Part shown: positions 9,402 through 18,317 of the stretch, in pieces | How the letters are laid out: each line of letters begins with the position of its first letter | How positions within the stretch are numbered: position 1 is the first letter of the stretch | Source: Campylobacterales bacterium | GTDB lineage: Bacteria; Campylobacterota; Campylobacteria; Campylobacterales; Sulfurovaceae | DNA length: 37,548 nucleotides | Direction of reading: 5' to 3' | Assembly (NCBI GenBank): GCA_024279555.1 | Contig: JAJRRK010000012.1 | Coordinates: 1-37,548, forward strand | Made by a program: the position numbers and the translations under genes | The notes under the pieces: generated by a model | The model's input: only the letters and a program-made list of their open reading frames with translations | Databases searched by the model: none | Told to the model about the DNA's origin: nothing

Positions 9402-10298
9402 ATGAAAAAACGATACCTTGTTCCTGCCATCATGGGTGGACTGCTGCTCTCGGGATGCAAGCCCGATCCCTATCCCGAGCATCCGCGCTATGAAGTGAAA
9501 AAACCAAAAGTGCGGTATACTCCTGACAGGAAGAATCTGGAAAAGATGGTTAAACAGCTTCAGGGAAGTCCTTATGTCTGGGCTGAAGAGGGACCTGACC
9601 GCTTCGACTGCTCCGGTTTCACCTATTACATGTACGGTTCAATGGGCATAGAGATTCCCCGTGTTGCCAGGGAACAGGCAAAAGTCGGCAAAAAAGTCAG
9701 GCCGGAAGAACTCCAATACGGAGATTTGATCTTTTTCGCTACCAACCGGCGCAATCCGCACAAGATCACCCATGTCGGGATGTATCTGGGGGATGGGTGG
9801 TTCACCCATGCCAGTACGGTCAAGCATGAGGTAGTCTACTCCAACCTCTTTACGTCTCCCTATTACAAGAAACGGTTGCGTGTATGTCGCCGTTATCTCC
9901 CTGAAAAGAAAGTGACGATGGCAAGCAGTGAAGTAGCATGGAAACAAAAACAGCGACCACTGCCCTCCCGTACTGCCGCAACAGAATCCGCCATACCATC
10001 TTCGCAGAAAGGGAAAGCGATCCTCATACAGGCACCGATGCAACAGATCGAACAGGGTAACAAAGCCGGAAACTTCTATGTGCAGGTGGGCTCTTTTGTC
10101 GGACGGCCAAAATCCGGTCTCCTTTACAAGATTTCAAGAGAGGGCTTCAGCCACAAGATCATCAAGTTCCCAAGAGGCGGGCAGACCATCAACAAGCTAC
10201 TTATAGGTCCATACAGAGATCGTTCCGAAGCACTTACCGCACGTGAAAGAGTACGCGCCACTATTCAAAAAGATGCGTTCATCGCGGAGATACGCTGA
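9402..10298 (+). CDS. NlpC/P60 peptidase lipoprotein with C-terminal SPOR-like domain
   Basis: Lipobox LLSG-C19; FDCSGFT; THVGMYLGDGWFTHAS; C-terminal FYVQVGSF...KLLIGPY.DR.EA...DAFI SPOR pattern. Confidence 0.92.
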   Translation: MKKRYLVPAIMGGLLLSGCKPDPYPEHPRYEVKKPKVRYTPDRKNLEKMVKQLQGSPYVWAEEGPDRFDCSGFTYYMYGSMGIEIPRVAREQAKVGKKVRPEELQYGDLIFFATNRRNPHKITHVGMYLGDGWFTHASTVKHEVVYSNLFTSPYYKKRLRVCRRYLPEKKVTMASSEVAWKQKQRPLPSRTAATESAIPSSQKGKAILIQAPMQQIEQGNKAGNFYVQVGSFVGRPKSGLLYKISREGFSHKIIKFPRGGQTINKLLIGPYRDRSEALTARERVRATIQKDAFIAEIR

Positions 10299-10705
10299 TG
10301 GCAAAACCCTCTCCCAACCTTCCATGCCCCTGCGGCAGCGGTCTCAAGTACAAAAAATGCTGTCAGAAATACCATAAAGGAGCGCTCCCTTCTACCGCAC
10401 TGCTTCTGATGAAGTCCCGCTACAGCGCCTATGCACTGGGATTGGCCGACTATATTATGTAAACAACACACCCTGACAACAGTGACTTCACTGAAGATAC
10501 GACAGACTGGAGAGAATCGATTCTTGCGTTCAGTCATACAACTACATTTAATGGACTGAAGATCATAGAATATATCGAGGGGAATGGGGAGAGTTTCGTC
10601 ACCTTTGAAGCGATACTCTCCTCCGGTATACTCAAGGAGAAGAGCCGATTCCTCAGAACAGCCGGGAAATGGCTCTATGTGGACGGTGTTTTCGAGACTC
10701 AGTGA
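10298..10705 (+). pseudogene. ychJ: YchJ-family (SEC-C motif) gene interrupted by in-frame TAA at 10460-10462
   Basis: Manual translation: MAKPSPNLPCPCGSGLKYKKCCQKYHKGALPSTALLLMKSRYSAYALGLADYIM*TTHPD...FVTFEA...EKSRFLRTAGKWLYVDGVFETQ*. YchJ motifs lie on both sides of the stop in the same frame. Confidence 0.88.
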
Positions 10706-12837
10706 GCCAGATAGCGCCTGATCTCGTCATTCAGCCTCTTCAGCTCCTTGGCATAGGCATCGATGTAGTCCACAAGCATCTCCTCCTGATGGTATAGCAC
10801 CTTCTGGTGTATCTTGCTGATCAGTCCGTACATCTCTTTCGCCCCGATCGTACCGGTCAACCCTTTCATATCCAGACAGAGCATCTTTACCTGTTCATAA
10901 CGGTGTTCACGCACCAACTTGGCAAACAGATCGGCACTCTGCCCGTAAGCATCGAGAAATTCGTTGAGGATCTCCATGTAGAACCCCTCATTACCGTTGG
11001 CATAGCTGATCCCTTTTTCCACATCGAGTATGTTGTTGGAATGGGTATCTCCCGATGCTTTGGGAGCATTGCTCTTACGGGACACAGGCATATACATTTG
11101 AAAGACCGTATAGAGTTTCCCGATGTTGAGCGGCTTGGTCAAATAGGCGTTCATACCACTGTTGAAGATCTTCTCCCTCTCACTGTCAAGTGCCAGTGCA
11201 GTGAAAGCGACAATGGGAAGTGCATCGAACCGGCTCTCAAGGCGGATCATCTGGGTCGCAACATAGCCATCCATCACCGGCATATTGATATCCATCAGGA
11301 CAAGATCGAACCCGTCATCACTCTCTTTGATGGTATTAACCGCTTCACGTCCGTTATTGGCAATGGTGATCTCCATACCAGAGACCTTCAGAATATTGGA
11401 AAGAACCTTCTGGTTGATCACATCATCCTCAACGATCAACAAACGTTTCCCGCTGAAGTCGCGGAAACTCTCCTGTGTTACATTGGCCGTCTCTGTAATC
11501 TCACCCCGATGTGTCAGTGAGCTCTCCTCTGTCACGCTTTCATCCTGCACTGAAGGCTTCAGTCTGTCAAGGGTATAGAGGTTGACGATCAGTTCAAACA
11601 CACGCTCCTGGTTGACAGGTTTGGTCAATACGCGGTCGACCACCTTATCTGCCTTGACACTCTCGTCTTTTTCAAGCAGCGAATTGAGCGCAATCACCTT
11701 GAGTTCTTTCTTCTCCTCTTTGAGTCTCGTCAGATACTCGACCGTTCTGGGTTTGAAAAGAGACTCATCAAGAAGCACAATATCATAACCTCCGAGGTTA
11801 TGCATTCGCTTGAGGAACTCCTCTTTGGAAACTACCTTCACATCATGTCTGAAATAGGCGAACATCTTCTTGATCGCCAGTGCCGAATTGTAGTTCCTGT
11901 CGACAATGAATACCTTTTTGGCAGTCAATACCTTTTCTGGAAGACGGTAGTTTCGTCTGTTCGAAGGGTCCAGCAGTTCAAAAGGAAGGGTCATCGTAAA
12001 GGTAGTCCCCTTGCCTACCATACTGTGCACCACCAACTCTCCGTGCATCATCCCTATCAGTTCTTTGGCGACAAAGAGCCCAAGCCCTGTATACTCTTTA
12101 CTATTCTCATCATATACCGGTGTAAAGAGCTTCTCTCTTGCCTCATCATCCAAACCGTTTCCTGTATCGGTCAGTCTGAACTGCAGTTCGACCTTCTCCT
12201 CAAAAGTACCGAACATCATAATCTCTAAAGTTACTTCACCGCTCCCTACCTCACTGAGCACATACTCCAGAAGATTCTTGAGTGTCTTCTCAAGATTCAG
12301 GCCATCTCCGATCAGATAGCGGGGGATCGCATTGTCTATGTTAAAAATAAGTTCTACAGAACTCCCTTTGAACTGGGAACACACAGAACCGGCAACCTCG
12401 TTGAGGACATTGTTTAGATTGAACTTCTCATGAATAATCTCCACCTTCTTGGATTTCAGCCGCAGGAACTCGATAAGATCGTTGGTCACATCCAGAAGCT
12501 GTTTGCCTTTCCCCTCTTCAGCAGGATTCAATATCTCACTTGGCTTGTGTCCACCTTTGTAGGTTCTTTCCACGATTTCGTGAATATTCTCGCTCATACT
12601 GGCGAGGAAAAGGCTCTGTGACTGCTCAATCTCCTTCTGCTTTTCAATCATCTCCCGATGCATCTTCTCTATCTTCACCATTTGTCTGGAAGAGACAAAA
12701 AGGATCATCACACCAATCACCCCCAGCGCAAAAAGTGCGACCCATACCCAGAAGGTCTCTATCTCCTGCATGGAAGTACCCTCTGCATGAAGAAGGGTTC
12801 CCAAAAACACTGTCAATATGATAAACTGATACTTCAT
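10699..12837 (-). CDS. Hybrid sensor-kinase-like protein (TM, HisKA-like, HATPase-like, REC, REC, Hpt-like) with degenerate phosphotransfer sites
   Basis: G1 DTGNGL, G2 TGLGL and GKGTTF are present. The canonical REC reads LIVEDD...LMDINMPVMDG...FTA...KP. The C-terminus is Hpt-like. RBS is GGAGGTG. Confidence 0.85.
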   Translation of the reverse strand: MKYQFIILTVFLGTLLHAEGTSMQEIETFWVWVALFALGVIGVMILFVSSRQMVKIEKMHREMIEKQKEIEQSQSLFLASMSENIHEIVERTYKGGHKPSEILNPAEEGKGKQLLDVTNDLIEFLRLKSKKVEIIHEKFNLNNVLNEVAGSVCSQFKGSSVELIFNIDNAIPRYLIGDGLNLEKTLKNLLEYVLSEVGSGEVTLEIMMFGTFEEKVELQFRLTDTGNGLDDEAREKLFTPVYDENSKEYTGLGLFVAKELIGMMHGELVVHSMVGKGTTFTMTLPFELLDPSNRRNYRLPEKVLTAKKVFIVDRNYNSALAIKKMFAYFRHDVKVVSKEEFLKRMHNLGGYDIVLLDESLFKPRTVEYLTRLKEEKKELKVIALNSLLEKDESVKADKVVDRVLTKPVNQERVFELIVNLYTLDRLKPSVQDESVTEESSLTHRGEITETANVTQESFRDFSGKRLLIVEDDVINQKVLSNILKVSGMEITIANNGREAVNTIKESDDGFDLVLMDINMPVMDGYVATQMIRLESRFDALPIVAFTALALDSEREKIFNSGMNAYLTKPLNIGKLYTVFQMYMPVSRKSNAPKASGDTHSNNILDVEKGISYANGNEGFYMEILNEFLDAYGQSADLFAKLVREHRYEQVKMLCLDMKGLTGTIGAKEMYGLISKIHQKVLYHQEEMLVDYIDAYAKELKRLNDEIRRYLAH

Positions 12838-12948
12838 CCAATCACCTCCAAAAACCCTATTTTACAAAATATAGGTAAAAAAGAGTCTATAGTTATTTAA
12901 AAAAGTTATAGTTATTCATTCTCAATCCTCTTCTCTACTCATTTTGGC

Positions 12949-12954
12949 TATACT
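12949..12954 (+). promoter_or_regulatory. -10 box TATACT 6 nt before the ruvX ATG (possible leaderless transcript)
   Basis: ggcTATACT-tcgtat-ATG with no SD sequence. Confidence 0.55.
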
Positions 12955-12960
12955 TCGTAT

Positions 12961-13350
12961 ATGAAACTCGCCAGCATAGATGTAGGACTCAAACGTATCG
13001 GTACTGCGATCTGCCTCGACGGAAAGATCGTACTGCCCCAGAACGCCATTCTCAGAAAGAACCGCAACCAGGCGGCACGGGATGTCAATACTTTTTTAAA
13101 AGAGTGGGAGATAGAACAGCTCATTGTGGGACTTCCCCGCGGGGGCAGCAGTGAGGAAGAGATGGAACGGCGTATCAAACACTTTGTTTCGCTGATGAAT
13201 CTTGACATCCCTGTTGTCTATGTCGATGAACAGGGCAGCAGCTTCGAAGCACAGGAACTTACCGCAGGACAGTTCCGGCACAAAAAGGACGGCAGGGTAG
13301 ATTCGGTTGCCGCCAAGATCATTCTGGAGCGCTACCTCAAAATACTTTGA
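12961..13350 (+). CDS. ruvX: YqgF/RuvX-family nuclease (DprB-like)
   Basis: SIDVGLKRIGTA, LIVGLP, VDEQGSS.EA and DSVAA.IILERY. Confidence 0.93.
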   Translation: MKLASIDVGLKRIGTAICLDGKIVLPQNAILRKNRNQAARDVNTFLKEWEIEQLIVGLPRGGSSEEEMERRIKHFVSLMNLDIPVVYVDEQGSSFEAQELTAGQFRHKKDGRVDSVAAKIILERYLKIL

Positions 13351-13358
13351 TCCCTCAG

Positions 13359-14438
13359 CTAAAATAGTTTCCCGATTTTTCTGAACCCGTACCAGTACAA
13401 CACACTCCCCAACAGAATGACCCCGGTGAAATATGGCCAGAGGTCGCTCCACTGCGTCCCGCGGTAGAAAATGCTTTCGCACCCTTCTATGTAGTATCGC
13501 AGCGGCGAGATGAGGGAGAGTTTTTCCAGTACCGGGTGCATGGCATGGATGGGTGTCCATGCACCGCTGAGAAAGATCATGGGCATCATGATGATCATGG
13601 AGAGCTGTGCCACCTGCAGTATACTTTTGGACACGGAGGCGACGAAAAGCCCGATACCTGCCGAAGTGAAGATGTAAAAGAAGGTCAGCAGCAGAAATGC
13701 CCAGAACGAACCATTCATCGGCATATCGAAACTTCCAAACAGCACAAAACCCGTGCAGATGACCGTACCCGCAAAGATGATCAGCACCTGAGAGAAACTC
13801 TTGGCAAGAATGGTCACCTTCGTGTCAATGGGCATCAGCAGCATGATATCCCATGTTCCCTCCTCCTTCTCCCTGACAAAGACCATTGCCGGCAGCAGGA
13901 TGGAGAGCATCGTGATGATCGAGAGCATTTCGCTCAATGCCATGAAGGTATGGTTGTCCGCATTCTGGTTGAAGAGTTTGTGCGCTTTGAGCGCGACAGG
14001 AAAATCCACTTTGTTGAAATCCATCACAATATTCTGCAGATAGCCCAGTGTCGTAAAGCTCTGCGAAGCGGCCGTGGCATCGAGCAGTACATTCATCACC
14101 GCCTCTCTGCCCTCACGGTAATCCTTCTCAAAATCCCGGTCAAAAAGGATACCTACGAGTATCTTCTTGTTGAAGATCGCCTCACTCAACGCCTTTTGGG
14201 AGAGAAAGCGTTTTGGCTGCACGAACTCCGGACCGTGCAGATGGGAGAGTATCTTCTGGCTGATCCCGCCACCGGTCTCATCCACATACCCTACCGCCAC
14301 ATTCCGGGGTTTGATCTGCATCCCCGCACCGGCAATATAGACATCGAGCGTGAACGAGTAAAGTACTACGGCAAGCAGTCCCCAGGAACGCATGAAACTA
14401 ATGAGCTCTTTGGCGACGATGGTCCAGAAGATACGCAT
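13359..14438 (-). CDS. ABC-2 type exporter permease (YbhR/YhhJ-like)
   Basis: N-terminal KELISF, periplasmic domain, VREKEEGT, FLSGAWTPIHAM and SPLRYY. Confidence 0.88.
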   Translation of the reverse strand: MRIFWTIVAKELISFMRSWGLLAVVLYSFTLDVYIAGAGMQIKPRNVAVGYVDETGGGISQKILSHLHGPEFVQPKRFLSQKALSEAIFNKKILVGILFDRDFEKDYREGREAVMNVLLDATAASQSFTTLGYLQNIVMDFNKVDFPVALKAHKLFNQNADNHTFMALSEMLSIITMLSILLPAMVFVREKEEGTWDIMLLMPIDTKVTILAKSFSQVLIIFAGTVICTGFVLFGSFDMPMNGSFWAFLLLTFFYIFTSAGIGLFVASVSKSILQVAQLSMIIMMPMIFLSGAWTPIHAMHPVLEKLSLISPLRYYIEGCESIFYRGTQWSDLWPYFTGVILLGSVLYWYGFRKIGKLF

Positions 14439-15553
14439 TATTTCAGCTCCTTTTTCAAAAAGAGTGTGCCCAACACCAGTAAGATGACGGCATAGACCAC
14501 AAGAATACCCAGATAGAGCCGGTTCGTCGCGGCGGACAGTCCCTCCCCGATCAGGAAGGTGTCATAAATAATATGGTTGAAATACATCACCGGGAAAAGA
14601 TGCGCCTCGATATAGGATTCATGGTCCATCGCGGAAATGGGCAGGATGATCCCCGAGTAAAGGAAACCCGGCAGCAGTGTCACAATGACCGTCAGTACCA
14701 CAGCAGCGATCTGGGAACGGGTAATGACGGAGATGAGCATCCCGATCCCCAGACTGATGAGGATATAGATCTCACTGCTGAACCAGTACAGCATAAAACT
14801 GCCCCGGAACGGAACATCGAAAAGCCAGGTCGCCCAGAGGAAGAGAATGAAGATGTTGACCGAATGCAGCAGGAATGCAGGGGTCAGTTTGGCAAGAAGA
14901 AATTCATGCTTCCGTATCGGCGAGGCATAGAAGTTGAAAATGGTACCCCGCTCCTTCTCCTTGACGATCAGCAGTGCGGAGAGGATCGCGGGGGCAACCA
15001 GCAGTACCAGCCCTATCAGCCCCGGTACGATGGCATTCTCATCACGCATCGCTTCGTTGAAAAGGTTTCTGCTGTTGATGCTGATCATCCCACTTTGCGG
15101 CTTTTGCGGCGATACTTCGGAGGCTGCCTGCAGTATCACGCCCTGCACATAGTTCTCCATCGTTGTCGCACGTGTCGGGAAAGAAGCATCGATGAAAAGC
15201 CCGATCTCACTCTTCTGTCCGTGAAGTAGATGCTTTTCAAACGAAGAGGGGATGATGAGGATCATCTCCGTTTTCGCCTGTTTGATCAGCCGCAGGGCTT
15301 CTTGTTCCGTGATCTGCAGTACCATGGGATCGAAATATTTCGAATCTTCGAATTTGGAGGTCAGGACTCTCGAGTAGTGGCTCTGGTCATAGTCGAGAAT
15401 GGTCACTCGTGCATGGGTGACATTCATACGGATACCAAAACCAAAAAGCAGCATAATCATCGTAGGCATCAGATAGACCATAACGATCAGACGGGTGCGG
15501 AAGAGTTCGGCGAACTCTTTGAGGATATATGCCTTGACCACACCCAACCTCAT
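14438..15553 (-). CDS. ABC-2 type exporter permease (YbhS-like)
   Basis: KEFAELFR, IVPGLIG, VKEKERGT, YSGIILPISAM and FPVMYF. Confidence 0.88.
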   Translation of the reverse strand: MRLGVVKAYILKEFAELFRTRLIVMVYLMPTMIMLLFGFGIRMNVTHARVTILDYDQSHYSRVLTSKFEDSKYFDPMVLQITEQEALRLIKQAKTEMILIIPSSFEKHLLHGQKSEIGLFIDASFPTRATTMENYVQGVILQAASEVSPQKPQSGMISINSRNLFNEAMRDENAIVPGLIGLVLLVAPAILSALLIVKEKERGTIFNFYASPIRKHEFLLAKLTPAFLLHSVNIFILFLWATWLFDVPFRGSFMLYWFSSEIYILISLGIGMLISVITRSQIAAVVLTVIVTLLPGFLYSGIILPISAMDHESYIEAHLFPVMYFNHIIYDTFLIGEGLSAATNRLYLGILVVYAVILLVLGTLFLKKELK

Positions 15554-17172
15554 CGGTAATACTCCATGAATATCTCTTCGAAATCCGCTGCTTCGGGATG
15601 CTCTTTGTAGAGTGTTTCGACAGTGGCGTCGGCAACCTTCACCCCCTCTTTGAACAGCACGACACGGTCACAGTACTCCGCTTCGCTCATGTAGTGCGTG
15701 GTGATCAGGATCGTGATCCCCCATTTCTCTTTGAGCAGCTCCATGATCTCCCAGAACTGTGCCCTGGCGATCGTATCGACCCCCGAGGTGGGTTCATCGA
15801 GAAAAAGGATGACCGGTTCATGCAGCAGCGCCGCCGTGATGGAAAAACGCTGGTTGATTCCCAGAGGCAAAGAGGCAGGAAGCGCATCCAGATAAGCACG
15901 GTATCCCAACGCTTCGGCATACTTCCTGATGCGCACAAGCGCTTTTTTGGTCTCTATTCTGTGCATCTGGGCGAAATAGAGCAGGTTTTCCCGAACGGTC
16001 ATGTCTTTATACAGTGCGAAATGCTGGCTCACATAACCGATCTTCGCTTTGAGCGTACGCCTGTCTTCACCGCTTCTGATCGGTTTCCCCAAAAGCAGAA
16101 GTTCACCGCCATCCATAGCATAGAGTCCCAGAAGCATTTTGATGAAAGTTGTTTTCCCCGCACCGTTCGCGCCGAGCAGTCCCACAATCTCTCCGGCTCT
16201 AAGCTGCATATCGATCCGGTCATTGGCGACGAACTCACCAAAGCGCTTCGTCAAAGCTTTCGCTTCCAGCACGATATCGGGTATGGGTGCATCGCTTTCG
16301 CGTGCCTCCAGTTCCATTTTGGGCATGGCATACCCTTTTTTCAAAGCATTGACGAAAAAGAGTGCTTCAAGCGTCGGCTCCGCATGCGGCACATCCAGCG
16401 GTGCGAGAGAATAGCTTCGTTTGTCAAAAGAGAAGCAGCGTTGCTTCTCACTGCATGGGATCTCCGTATAGGTATATTCCCTGACCGAATCGATCAACTG
16501 CTCTGCACTTCCTCCCGCGATGATCTCTCCGCTGTCGAAAAGATAGACTCTGTCCATTTTGGCCGCCTCCTGCATATAGGCGGTACTCACCAGTATGATG
16601 GTCCCTTCACTTTTCCTGATGTCGTCAAGTATCTCCCAGAGTTCCCTGCGGCTGAGTGGATCGACCCCTGTGGTCGGTTCATCGAGGATCAGAAGTTTCG
16701 GACGGTGAAGCAGGGTACAGATGAGCGAGAGTTTCTGCATCATCCCTCCGCTGAGCTTCCCCGCCTCCCTGTCCACGAATGCAGAGAGCCCTGCCATCTC
16801 AAGAAGTTTGTTCCTGTACGTGCGGAACGCATCGGTTCTTTTCAGGTTACGGATGGAGGCAAAGAATTCCAGATGCTCTCCTACGGTCAGAGTCTCGTAC
16901 AGTACCAGCCCGATCCCCTGCGGCATCAGTCCGATGTCCTGTTTTAGTTTCTCTGCCTCTGCGGGGGAGCGGTATGTCTCTCCTCCGTAGACAATCTCAC
17001 CGCTGAAACGGCCTACCCCGGCGATCGCATGCATCAGTGAACTCTTTCCTGCACCGTCCGCACCGATGAAACCTATGATCTCCCCTGCACCGGCCTTAAA
17101 TGAAACACCCCTGATGGCGCTTTTCCCTTTATAGGCGACAGCAACATTCCTGACCTCAAGACCGAACATCAT
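15550..17172 (-). CDS. ABC exporter ATPase with two NBDs (YbhF/RbbA-like)
   Basis: NBD1 has GADGAGKS/LSGGM/ILDEPTTGVD; NBD2 has GANGAGKT/LPLGI/FLDEPTSGVD/THYM. Confidence 0.92.
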   Translation of the reverse strand: MMFGLEVRNVAVAYKGKSAIRGVSFKAGAGEIIGFIGADGAGKSSLMHAIAGVGRFSGEIVYGGETYRSPAEAEKLKQDIGLMPQGIGLVLYETLTVGEHLEFFASIRNLKRTDAFRTYRNKLLEMAGLSAFVDREAGKLSGGMMQKLSLICTLLHRPKLLILDEPTTGVDPLSRRELWEILDDIRKSEGTIILVSTAYMQEAAKMDRVYLFDSGEIIAGGSAEQLIDSVREYTYTEIPCSEKQRCFSFDKRSYSLAPLDVPHAEPTLEALFFVNALKKGYAMPKMELEARESDAPIPDIVLEAKALTKRFGEFVANDRIDMQLRAGEIVGLLGANGAGKTTFIKMLLGLYAMDGGELLLLGKPIRSGEDRRTLKAKIGYVSQHFALYKDMTVRENLLYFAQMHRIETKKALVRIRKYAEALGYRAYLDALPASLPLGINQRFSITAALLHEPVILFLDEPTSGVDTIARAQFWEIMELLKEKWGITILITTHYMSEAEYCDRVVLFKEGVKVADATVETLYKEHPEAADFEEIFMEYYR

Positions 17173-18317
17173 TTCTTTCCCCCAAGGAGATAGACGACAA
17201 AAAGCAGCACGCTTCCACCAAGCGAGAAGAGCATGGCGCTCTCCATGCCAAAGTGTTCCCAGAGCAGGCCGCAGACGAAGGCACCCAGTGCGCCAAACAG
17301 CGCGACACCTGCATAGAATACACCATACACTGCCCCCCTGTTGTCACTGTTCTCGGAGATATAGGCACGGTTGGCATTGAGCGATACCACTGTAAAAATC
17401 CCCAGAAAACCATACGCGATCCAGGTCAATATCGGCTTTTGCGCCAGCAGAAGGAGCAGCGCGGCAATACCGCTGAGATACGCCAGTACCAGTACACTTC
17501 TGACACCGATCCTGTCGATAAGCACACCTACGGGATAACTGACAATCGTCTGCATCGCCGTCGAAACGACAAAAAGAAGCGGAATAAGGGTGACAGCAAT
17601 ACCGATACCCTTTGCCTGCATCGTGAAGAATGCTTCGTTGAACATGAAGAAGATGAAAGCAAAATAAAACATAAGCGACCTGATCACCGCCTTGTCTCTG
17701 TGGGTAAAGGTGAACTGCGGGGCTCCTTCATTTCTCTGTATGTGGATATCCCTCACGAAAAAAGCCACCAGTAGCAGACCGATGAGCCCGGGAACGAGCG
17801 TGGCATAGAAGATATTCCGCATCACCGTTTCACTCTGTCCGAACATCCACAATATCCCGAAGAGTATCAGGGTACCGCTCAATTCACCGGCAATATCCAT
17901 CGTCTTGTGGAACCCGAAGGTCTTACCCGAAGCATTCTCCCGGCTGTATTCGGAGATCATCAGGTCTTTGGGTGCAGAGCGCAGCCCTTTCCCCACCCTC
18001 TCCAGTGCCTTCAGTCCCGCAATACTCTTGTACCCGTGACTCAAACCGATAAGCGGCTTGCTCAAGGCAGAGAGGGCGTAGCCTCCTACGACCAGTGGTT
18101 TGACGATGCCGTAGCGGTCCGAAATGTACCCCGAAAGCAGACGCAGCGCGTAGGAGACAAAAGTGGCTATTGCCACGACAATACCGAGTTTGTCCACACC
18201 TTCATGCAGAACAACGACAATAAAAATAGGAAGTATAGGCGTGATCATGGCCGATGCCATATCGGTGAAGAAGCTCACCCACCCCAGTATAACGACATTT
18301 TTATCGATCTGTTTCAT
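17169..18317 (-). CDS. MFS transporter
   Basis: About 12 hydrophobic segments; motif A-like GYISDRYG and GVLIDRIG; ERVGKGLRSAPKD; FGFHKTMD. Confidence 0.9.
   Translation of the reverse strand: MKQIDKNVVILGWVSFFTDMASAMITPILPIFIVVVLHEGVDKLGIVVAIATFVSYALRLLSGYISDRYGIVKPLVVGGYALSALSKPLIGLSHGYKSIAGLKALERVGKGLRSAPKDLMISEYSRENASGKTFGFHKTMDIAGELSGTLILFGILWMFGQSETVMRNIFYATLVPGLIGLLLVAFFVRDIHIQRNEGAPQFTFTHRDKAVIRSLMFYFAFIFFMFNEAFFTMQAKGIGIAVTLIPLLFVVSTAMQTIVSYPVGVLIDRIGVRSVLVLAYLSGIAALLLLLAQKPILTWIAYGFLGIFTVVSLNANRAYISENSDNRGAVYGVFYAGVALFGALGAFVCGLLWEHFGMESAMLFSLGGSVLLFVVYLLGGKK

Noticed and set aside
10265-10537. 90-aa minus-strand ORF seeming to fill the gap after the SPOR gene
   Set aside because: The gap is explained by the interrupted ychJ frame on the plus strand.
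15850-15880. Degenerate ABC signature LPLG in NBD2 as a novelty
   Set aside because: This is a normal feature of YbhF/RbbA-type dual-NBD ATPases.
15598-16947. 449-aa plus-strand ORF, and similar ORFs at 13536-14495, 374-1135 and 10807-11520
   Set aside because: All are fully antisense to well-supported genes, with shadow-frame composition and no motifs.
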